Shown here one piece after another: positions 56,701 through 64,000 of a DNA stretch of 64,000 nucleotides. Positions within the stretch are counted from its first letter, which is position 1. The number at the start of each line of letters is the position of its first letter. The notes beneath the pieces were generated by a model. That model was not told the origin of the DNA. It saw only the letters and a list, made by a program, of their open reading frames with translations, and searched no databases. Location: the NCBI GenBank assembly GCA_965197475.1, contig CBDANF010000003.1, positions 1,344,001 through 1,408,000 on the forward strand. The letters run 5' to 3'. Source of the stretch: Candidatus Poribacteria bacterium (GTDB lineage: Bacteria; Poribacteria; WGA-4E; WGA-3G). Position numbers and translations under genes: made by a program.

Positions 56701-59700
56701 CTATATCTTATATTGGTGGTAGTTTGACGCAGTTCCAATTTACTATTGAAGATGTTGGTCCTGCATTACTTGAACTTGATGACCAAACAATTGGGTTTAG
56801 CAAGCAAAGCGGTGAACCGGTCCCAGGACAAATAACTCATGATGGTAGCAACCAACTTTTCTTTACTCTCTCCGCGCCTTTACCGACAGATGGTAGTGCT
56901 GATGGTGAATATACCCTGACGGTTAACCTCATTGATAAAGCTGTCAACCCTTATCAGGTTGAACACAATATCTTTTATGATTCTCAAGCACCGCGCCTGT
57001 CAACAGTCTCTCTGAACACTGAAACGCCATTGAACCTAACACCGTATCAGGTTACGGATCTGTCTGAGTCTATCAACAAGCTCACACTTAATTTCGCAGA
57101 GGCGACACGAGTTGACTTCGAAAATACGATGATTACTCTTATGGGTCCGGATGGTTCTGCGATCCCGCTGACATTAGAAAATAATGGTATTGACCAAATA
57201 ACCGCAAGTTTTGTCTCTTTGACACAAGGTGGCTTGTATACACTGTCAGTGACACCTCAAGACATAACAGGCAATGCTGCACAAGGTGCGGTTCCGTATC
57301 CGTTTAGACTGAAGTTTGAAGTTCCGGACTTAACGTCTGTGAAAGCAAACACAGCAAACGCTTCTTTAGAACTTATACAGCACGAAATTATTGATATTTC
57401 TGAAACCCTCAGAAGCCTCACGCTTGAGTTCACAGATGCAACGCGGGTTGACTTCGAAAATACCAGAGTGGTATTGACAGGACCAGGTGGGCAAGAGATT
57501 CTTGTTACCCAAGAAAGTGGAGACGACTCTCAGTTGATGGTTCGTTTTGTCTCTTTGACGCAAAGCGGTTTGTATACGCTTTCCGTTTCCCCGCAAGATG
57601 TTGCTGGTAATGTCGCACAAAGTCCTGTTCGGTACCAGTTCCGACTTGATATCGCATTGCCGATAGTCAGTTCTATTCTTATTGATGGCAAACTTGGCAC
57701 CAATGTTTACGTCAACAATGCGAACACTGATATAGTCGTCACATTCACTGATGCAACAGGTGTAGGATTAGCGTTAGGTGATAACGGATCGACTATCGTT
57801 GTCACGGGTGCTGAAGGGCTTCCGGTGTCCAGCATTATTACCTCCAACGGAACGAATCAGTTGACGTGGACTCCCACAGCACTTCCGACAGATGGCAGTG
57901 CTGATGGGCGATATACAGTCACTATCACACCAATAGATAAATCTGGGCGTTCTGGCACAGTTGTCAACCGTCACTTTATCTACGATACGCAGGCACCTCG
58001 GATCACCGCTTCTACACCTACCACACTTCATCAACCTATATCTTATATTGGCGGCAGTTTGACACAGTTCGAATTTACTATTGAAGATGTTGGTCCTGCA
58101 TTACTCGATCTTGACGATCAAACAATTGAGTTTAAGAAGACAGAAGGTGAAGTGGTTGCGGGTCAAATAACACATAATGGTTTCAACCAACTTTTCTTTA
58201 CTCTCTCCGCACCTTTACCGACAGATGGTAGTGCTGATGGTGAATACACACTGACGATTAACCTCGTTGATAAAGCAGGAAATCCTTATCAGATTGAACA
58301 CAACATCTTTTATGATTCTCAAGCTCCACAGTTATCCGCAGTGTCTCTGAACACTGAAACAGCATTAGACCTAACACCTTATCAGGTTACGGATTTATAT
58401 GAGTCTATCAACAAACTCACTCTGAATTTTGTAGAGGCGACACGGGTAGACTTTACAGAAACGGTAATTATGTTAATCGGTCAGGACGGTTCTTCCATTT
58501 CGCTGACTTTAGAGAATAACGGTATTGACAAAATAACCGCGAGTTTTGTTACGCTGACGCAAGGTGGTTTGTATACGCTTTCCGTTACCCCACAAGATAT
58601 TGCTGGTAATGTTGCACAAGGTGCTGTTTTGTATCCGTTTAAGTTGGTGTTCAAAGTTCTGGGCTTAGCGTCCGTGAAAGCTAATACAGCAAAGGCATCG
58701 GTAGAACTTATCCAGCACGAGATTGTTGAGATTTCTGAATCCGTAAATGGTTTCACCCTTGAATTCACAGATACAACGCGGGTTGACTCCGAAAATACAA
58801 GAGTGGCATTGACAGGTCCAAACGGTCAAGAGATTCCTGTCACCCAAGAAGACAATGATTCCGCTCAGTTAGTGGTTCGTTTTGCCTCTTTGACACAAAA
58901 TGGGCTTTACACGCTTGCTGTCACACCCCAAGATATAACCGGCAATGTCGCACAAGGTCCGGTACTTTATCCGTTCCGACTCCAGTTCAAAGTTCCGGGA
59001 TTATCTTCAGTGAAAGCAAATATCGGAGATGTTTCACTTGATCTTATTCCATACGAGATTGTTGAGATTTCTGAATCTTTTAGCAGCCTCACGTTTGAAT
59101 TTACAGATGCTGCACGGATTGATTTTGCAAGTACTAGAGTGACATTAACAGGACCGAACGGTCAAGAGATTCCTGTCACCCAAGAAGACAATGATTCTAC
59201 TCAGTTGGTAGTTCGTTTTGTCTCCTTGACACAAAGCGGTCTTTATACACTTGCTGTCACACCACAAGATAAAGCTGGCAATGTCGCACAAAGTGCAATT
59301 CGATACCAGATTCGACTTGAAATCGCACTCCCAATGGTCAGTTCCGTTCTTATTGATGGCCAAATCGGTGCTACTATATACGCGAATAATGCCGACACCA
59401 GCATCATTGCCACGTTTACCGAACCAACCGATGCGGGGATAGACCTTGGTGATGGTGGTTCAACTATTGTGGTCGCCAATGCCGAAGGCATTTTGGTTCC
59501 TGGAATCATTACCTCCAACGGAACGAATCAGTTGACGTGGACACCGACAGCATTTCCTGCCGATGGTAGTGCCGATGGACGATATACAGTCACTATTACA
59601 CCTATAGATAAATCTGGGCGTTCTGGCACAGTTGTCAATAGACAGTTTATTTACGATACACAAGCACCCCATATTACATCTGCTACGCCTGTAACACTAC

Positions 59701-62700
59701 ACCAACCCATCTCTTATATCGGTGGTAGTTTGACACAGTTCCAGTTTACTGTCGCAGATGTGGGTCCAGCATCACTTGACCTTGATGATCAAATAATCGG
59801 CTTGAATAATAAAAATGGTGAAGCGGTTCCAGCTCAAATAACGCATGATGGAACAGATCAACTCTTCTTCACCCTTTCTGCACCTTTACCGACAGATGGT
59901 AGTGCTGATGGGGAATACACACTGACGGTTAACCTCGTTGATAAAGCAGGAAATCCTCATCAGGTTGAACATCACATCTTTTATGATTCGCAAGCACCAC
60001 GCCTATCTACAGTCTCTCTGAGTACTGAGACACCGTTAAACCTGACACCGTATCAAGTTACTGATCTCTCGGAATCTATCAACAAACTTACACTTAATTT
60101 TATAGAGACAACACGGGTTGACTTCGAAAATACTGTGGTTACCCTCATAGGTCCGGACAATTCTCCCATTCCCCTCACCTTAGAGAATAACGGTGTTGAT
60201 CAACTCACAGCGAGTTTCGTCTCTTTGACGCAAGGGGGTTTGTATACTTTGTCAGTGATGCCACAAGATATCGCAGATAATGTTGCACAAGGGTCAGTAC
60301 CTTATCAGTTCCGACTTGAATTCCAAGTTCCAGGTTTATCATCTGTAAAGGCAAACACAGCAGAGGCATCGGTAGCACTGATCCAACACGAGATTATTGA
60401 GATTTCTGAATCCGTAAGTGGTTTCACCCTTGAGTTCACAGATACAACCCGAGTTGACTTCGAAAATACAGGAGTGGCATTGACAGGTCCAAACGATCAA
60501 GAGATTCCGGTGACATTAGAAGATGATGACGGCTCTCAGTTAATGGTTCGTTTTGTCGCGCTGACACAAAATGGACTTTACACGCTTGCTGTCACACCAC
60601 AAGATAGAACCGGTAATGTCGCACAAGGTGTAGCACTTTATCAGTTCCGACTCCAGTTCAAAGTTCCGGGGTTATCTTCAGTAAAGGCAAACACTGAAGA
60701 CGCTTCATTAGAACTAGTACCATACGAAATCGTTGAGATCGTTGAATCTGTCCGTAGCCTCACGCTTGAATTTACTGATGCAACGCAGGTTGACTTCAAA
60801 AATACAAGCGTGGCATTGACAGGTCCAAACGATCAAGAGATTCCGGTGACATTAGAAGATGATGACGGCTCTCAGTTAGTGGTTCGTTTTGTCTCCTTGA
60901 CGCAAAGCGGTCTTTACACACTTTCAGTCACTCCACAAGATATAGCTGGTAATGTTGCGCAAGGTGCAGTGCCGTATCCGTTTAGGCTAAAATTTGAAGT
61001 TCCGGGCTTAGCATCCGTGAAAGCAAACACCGTTGACAGGTCTTTAGAACTTACATCATACGAGATTACTGATATATCAGAATCCATCAACAGTGTCACG
61101 CTTGAGTTTACAGATGCAATGCGCGTTGACTTCCAAAATACAAGCGTGACATTGACAGGAGCAGACGGGCAAGAGATTCCAGTGACCTTGGAGAACGATG
61201 ATGATTCTCAGTTAGTGGTTCGTTTTGTCTCCTTGACGCAAAGCGGTCTTTACACACTTTCAGTCACTCCACAAGATATAGCTGGTAATGTTGCGCAAGG
61301 TGCAGTGCCGTATCCGTTTAGGCTAAAATTTGAAGTTCCGGGCTTAGCATCCGTGAAAGCAAACACCGTTGACAGGTCTTTAGAACTTACATCATATGAG
61401 ATTACTGATATATCAGAATCCATCAACAGTGTCACGCTTGAGTTTACAGATGCAATGCGCGTTGACTTCCAAAATACCAGAGTGACACTGAGCGGTCCAG
61501 ATGGACAAGAGATTCCTGTTACCTCGGAAGACGATGATGATTCTCAGTTAGTGGTTCGTTTTGTCTCCTTGACGCAAAGCGGTCTTTACACACTTTCAGT
61601 CACTCCACAAGATATAGCTGGTAATGTTGCGCAAGGTGCAGTGCCGTATCCGTTTAGGCTAAAATTTGAAGTTCCGGGCTTAGCATCCGTGAAAGCAAAC
61701 ACCGTTGACAGGTCTTTAGAACTTACATCATACGAGATTACTGATATATCAGAATCCATCAACAGTGTCACGCTTGAGTTTACAGATGCAATGCGCGTTG
61801 ACTTCCAAAATACAAGCGTGACATTGACAGGAGCAGACGGGCAAGAGATTCCAGTGACCTTGGAGAACGATGATGATTCTCAGTTAGCGGTTCGTTTTGT
61901 CTCCTTGACGCAAAGCGGTCTTTACACACTTTCAGTCACTCCACAAGATATTGCTGGTAATGTCGCTCAAAGTGCTATTAGATACCAGTTTAGACTTGAC
62001 ATCGCATTACCAATAGTCAGTTCCGTTCTCATTGATGGCAAACTTGGTACCAATGTTTACGTCAACAATGCTAACACCAATATCATCGCGACGTTCACAG
62101 AACAAACCGATGCCAGGATAGACTTTGGTAATGATGGTTCAACTATTGTGGTCACTAATGCTGAAGGCGTTTTGGTTCATGGAATCATTACCTCCAATGG
62201 AACGAATCAGTTGACGTGGACACCGGCAGCACTTCCGACAGATGGCAGTGCTGATGGACGATATACAGTCACTATCACACCAGTAGATAAATCTGGGCGT
62301 TCTGGCACAGTTGTCAACCGGCACTTTATTTACGATACACAAAACCCTCGTATTACGGCTACTACACCTGCCACACTCCATCAACCCATCTCTTATATCG
62401 GTGGAAGTTTAGCACAGTTCCAGTTTACTGTCGTAGATGTTGGTCCAGCATCACTTGACCTTGATGACCAAACAATTGGTTTTAAGAAGAAAAGTGGTGA
62501 AGCGGTTTCAGGGCAAATCACACATGATGGCACCGACCAACTCTTCTTCACCCTTTCTACGCCTTTACCGACTGATGGTAGTGCTGATGGGGAATACACA
62601 CTGACGGTTAACCTCGTTGATAAAGCAGGAAATCCTCATCAGGTTGAACATCACATCTTTTATGATTCGCAAGCACCACGCCTATCTACAGTCTCTCTGA

Positions 62701-64000
62701 GTACTGAGACACCGTTAAACCTGACACCGTATCAAGTTACTGATCTCTCGGAATCTATCAACAAACTTACACTTAATTTTATAGAGACAACACGGGTTGA
62801 CTTCAAAAATACTGTGATTACCCTTATAGGTCCGGACAATTCTCCCATTCCCCTCACCTTAGAGAATAACGGTGTTGATCAACTCACAGCGAGTTTCGTC
62901 TCTTTGACGCAAGGGGGTTTGTATACTTTGTCAGTGATGCCACAAGATAAAGCAGGCAATGCTGCTCAAGGTGCGGTTCAGTATCCGTTTAGGCTAAAGT
63001 TCGAAGTTCCTGGCTTAGCATCCGTGAAAGTAAACACCGCTGATGCTTCTTTAGAACTTACATCATACGAAACTACTGAAATATCAGAAACTATCAGTAG
63101 TCTCACGCTTGAGTTTACAGATGCAATGCGCGTTGACTTCCAAAATACAAGCGTTATATTGACAGGAGCAGACGGGCAAGAGATTCCAGTGACCTTGGAG
63201 AACGATGAAGGTTCTCAGTTAGTGGTTCGTTTCGTCTCCTTGACGCAAAGCGGTCTTTACACACTTTCAGTCACGCCACAAGATAAAGCAGGTAATGTCG
63301 CGCAAGGTGCAGTGCCGTATCCGTTTAGACTGAAGTTCAAAGTCCCGGGCTTAGCATCTGTGAAAGCAAACACAACTAAAGCTTCGGTAGCTCTTATCCA
63401 ACACGAGATTATTGAGATTTCTGAAACCATCAGTAGTCTCACACTTGAATTCACTGATGCAACACGCATTGACTTCCAAAATACAAGCGTGACGTTGACG
63501 GGACCAAACGGTCAAGAAATTCCTATCACTTTTGAAGATGATGGTTCTCAGTTGATGGTTCGTTTTGTCCCTTTGACGCAAGGGGGTTTGTATACTTTGT
63601 CAGTGATGCCACAAGATAAAGCAGGCAATGCTGCTCAAGGCGCAGCACTTTATCAGTTCCGACTCCAGTTCAAAGTTCCGGGGTTATCTTCAGTAAAGGC
63701 AAACACCGCTGATGCTTCTTTAGAACTTACATCATACGAAACTACTGAAATATCAGAAACTATCAGTAGTCTCACGCTTGAGTTTACAGATGCAATGCGC
63801 GTTGACTTCCAAAATACAAGCGTGGCATTGACAGGTCCAAACGATCAAGAGATTCCGGTGACATTAGAAGATGATGACGGCTCTCAGTTAGTGGTTCGTT
63901 TTGTCTCTTTGACACAAAGCGGTTTATATACACTTTCAGTCACGCCACAAGATATTGCTGGTAATGTCGCGCAAGGTGCGGTTCAGTATCCGTTTAGGCT
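53784..64000 (+). CDS. Giant secreted Ig-like repeat protein (>3,400 aa), continues beyond the window
   Basis: GTG at 53784 after GGGGG; signal peptide ending SPAWA; FlgD-Ig-like WDGK...LPDGDY; repeats with DG.Y...V.P.D.AGN and D.QAP; same frame at start and window end, and no in-frame stop reported by the ORF track. Confidence 0.9.
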   Translation, partial: MSKIKNSFSVLYHNKKKSTLPFGFYWAPFLIFQLFVALLVIQSPAWAGLVPNSLKVDANGDSIFNGDNEKLTISFTTDNVEQEYTYEIKLDDGRKIAEGPNTDAGQKLSKNQTVKVIWDGKIGNDQLPDGDYKIKVFLTLIDSDGNPLIDSEDNSLDPISSKEKEVTLDTKAPELSISIDAKEFSRILEDRFPIHYSGLDEDVAEAWLELQKIIGGDPIKRAIEPNELSKEGGIYYWDGKDNNSKPFFDGQYTLQLWVKDRGGNVIGSNKIETITIDSADNAAPTLESVATDKGKFITPGSGISGEMSFVEAILEDNIELNLDDSTIRLIGPSGSPVLGQQTRPADNKIRWQLLSPLLAKDGLQDGQYTIEIVGADKAGNRTSPIQISFLFDNLAPELVSLKPTRDGEAFNILGDTVYYNLPLNQFVATFNDGESGTGVTFAGGEEISRIVFGTPNADGGVNAISGRAFPDRNNSVLTYILDAPLLKSDGSQDRNYTLNVKAADPLGNTKTYTYRIIYDTQVPTLASTVPVVNQTVSNLSQVVVKLNETTSGVNFVNSTFRLTHSTGETQVEVPVNMTSNGADTATLTLLQPIALDGSDDGTYTIEVTPTDLAGNMGAVVRRQFYLVSQTQPQVKLTAPSIGTVNSLDSVTVEIDNYIGSGINFDASTISVRNAQGLIVPQAKVESDATNNQLTWSTEATIPRNGTADGEYTITATFVDFSGRRFTWRFPLLLDTQFPAINKVQVITDPQQQLSHNSATNIAETFSQVTVEFDKTDIDFENTIVSLTGPDEAHIALHRSNDGDTVLTLNFPNLSQSGTYTLAVTPQDRIGNVSENPFVYRFRLDIGVPVVTTVLIDGQSSAVAYVNGTASDITATLVDTTGTGLAFGEGESSIVVTSVVGLPVPGITTTNVENQLVWRPIALPDDGSVDGRYTVAVTPVDKAGHTGDVAYRAFIYDTQVPRITAATPVTLHQPISYIGGSLTQFQFTIEDVGPALLELDDQTIGFSKQSGEPVPGQITHDGSNQLFFTLSAPLPTDGSADGEYTLTVNLIDKAVNPYQVEHNIFYDSQAPRLSTVSLNTETPLNLTPYQVTDLSESINKLTLNFAEATRVDFENTMITLMGPDGSAIPLTLENNGIDQITASFVSLTQGGLYTLSVTPQDITGNAAQGAVPYPFRLKFEVPDLTSVKANTANASLELIQHEIIDISETLRSLTLEFTDATRVDFENTRVVLTGPGGQEILVTQESGDDSQLMVRFVSLTQSGLYTLSVSPQDVAGNVAQSPVRYQFRLDIALPIVSSILIDGKLGTNVYVNNANTDIVVTFTDATGVGLALGDNGSTIVVTGAEGLPVSSIITSNGTNQLTWTPTALPTDGSADGRYTVTITPIDKSGRSGTVVNRHFIYDTQAPRITASTPTTLHQPISYIGGSLTQFEFTIEDVGPALLDLDDQTIEFKKTEGEVVAGQITHNGFNQLFFTLSAPLPTDGSADGEYTLTINLVDKAGNPYQIEHNIFYDSQAPQLSAVSLNTETALDLTPYQVTDLYESINKLTLNFVEATRVDFTETVIMLIGQDGSSISLTLENNGIDKITASFVTLTQGGLYTLSVTPQDIAGNVAQGAVLYPFKLVFKVLGLASVKANTAKASVELIQHEIVEISESVNGFTLEFTDTTRVDSENTRVALTGPNGQEIPVTQEDNDSAQLVVRFASLTQNGLYTLAVTPQDITGNVAQGPVLYPFRLQFKVPGLSSVKANIGDVSLDLIPYEIVEISESFSSLTFEFTDAARIDFASTRVTLTGPNGQEIPVTQEDNDSTQLVVRFVSLTQSGLYTLAVTPQDKAGNVAQSAIRYQIRLEIALPMVSSVLIDGQIGATIYANNADTSIIATFTEPTDAGIDLGDGGSTIVVANAEGILVPGIITSNGTNQLTWTPTAFPADGSADGRYTVTITPIDKSGRSGTVVNRQFIYDTQAPHITSATPVTLHQPISYIGGSLTQFQFTVADVGPASLDLDDQIIGLNNKNGEAVPAQITHDGTDQLFFTLSAPLPTDGSADGEYTLTVNLVDKAGNPHQVEHHIFYDSQAPRLSTVSLSTETPLNLTPYQVTDLSESINKLTLNFIETTRVDFENTVVTLIGPDNSPIPLTLENNGVDQLTASFVSLTQGGLYTLSVMPQDIADNVAQGSVPYQFRLEFQVPGLSSVKANTAEASVALIQHEIIEISESVSGFTLEFTDTTRVDFENTGVALTGPNDQEIPVTLEDDDGSQLMVRFVALTQNGLYTLAVTPQDRTGNVAQGVALYQFRLQFKVPGLSSVKANTEDASLELVPYEIVEIVESVRSLTLEFTDATQVDFKNTSVALTGPNDQEIPVTLEDDDGSQLVVRFVSLTQSGLYTLSVTPQDIAGNVAQGAVPYPFRLKFEVPGLASVKANTVDRSLELTSYEITDISESINSVTLEFTDAMRVDFQNTSVTLTGADGQEIPVTLENDDDSQLVVRFVSLTQSGLYTLSVTPQDIAGNVAQGAVPYPFRLKFEVPGLASVKANTVDRSLELTSYEITDISESINSVTLEFTDAMRVDFQNTRVTLSGPDGQEIPVTSEDDDDSQLVVRFVSLTQSGLYTLSVTPQDIAGNVAQGAVPYPFRLKFEVPGLASVKANTVDRSLELTSYEITDISESINSVTLEFTDAMRVDFQNTSVTLTGADGQEIPVTLENDDDSQLAVRFVSLTQSGLYTLSVTPQDIAGNVAQSAIRYQFRLDIALPIVSSVLIDGKLGTNVYVNNANTNIIATFTEQTDARIDFGNDGSTIVVTNAEGVLVHGIITSNGTNQLTWTPAALPTDGSADGRYTVTITPVDKSGRSGTVVNRHFIYDTQNPRITATTPATLHQPISYIGGSLAQFQFTVVDVGPASLDLDDQTIGFKKKSGEAVSGQITHDGTDQLFFTLSTPLPTDGSADGEYTLTVNLVDKAGNPHQVEHHIFYDSQAPRLSTVSLSTETPLNLTPYQVTDLSESINKLTLNFIETTRVDFKNTVITLIGPDNSPIPLTLENNGVDQLTASFVSLTQGGLYTLSVMPQDKAGNAAQGAVQYPFRLKFEVPGLASVKVNTADASLELTSYETTEISETISSLTLEFTDAMRVDFQNTSVILTGADGQEIPVTLENDEGSQLVVRFVSLTQSGLYTLSVTPQDKAGNVAQGAVPYPFRLKFKVPGLASVKANTTKASVALIQHEIIEISETISSLTLEFTDATRIDFQNTSVTLTGPNGQEIPITFEDDGSQLMVRFVPLTQGGLYTLSVMPQDKAGNAAQGAALYQFRLQFKVPGLSSVKANTADASLELTSYETTEISETISSLTLEFTDAMRVDFQNTSVALTGPNDQEIPVTLEDDDGSQLVVRFVSLTQSGLYTLSVTPQDIAGNVAQGAVQYPFR

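Noticed and set aside
54488-63581. Short minus-strand ORFs in the ORF track
   Set aside because: Antisense shadows of the giant plus-strand repeat gene

Overview
Bacterial, ~42% GC window, most likely from Candidatus Poribacteria or a similar sponge symbiont (inferred from 'LPEGAIARLGRG'-type WD40 proteins, FGE/SUMF1 paralogs and lineage-style hypotheticals; not verified). Housekeeping and catabolic genes (murJ, thiD, katG, nnr, GH95 fucosidase, enolase-superfamily enzyme, Ldh_2, Gfo/Idh/MocA) are mixed with many mobile elements (IS1, IS3, IS701/IS4-like remnants, ISAs1 remnant, IS1595, two IS5/ISL2-like copies, several MITE families) and pseudogenes. Main points: (1) a 2.46-kb IS1595 element with passenger genes whose non-coding parts hold several promoter-linked structured modules: a leader with two mutually exclusive folds, a predicted antisense sRNA against the transposase leader, and a small ORF with a sequestered SD next to an 11-bp x5 repeat; (2) two MITEs with the same TIRs, 6-bp TSDs and the same 122-bp length but unrelated interiors, within a wider pattern of MITE shells carrying GTAG-REP cores; (3) a >3,400-aa secreted Ig-like repeat protein missing from the ORF track, with an (A-B-C-Dn) grammar; (4) a decaying ABC/TolC export cluster. 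No rRNA, tRNA, CRISPR array or reverse transcriptase was recognised.
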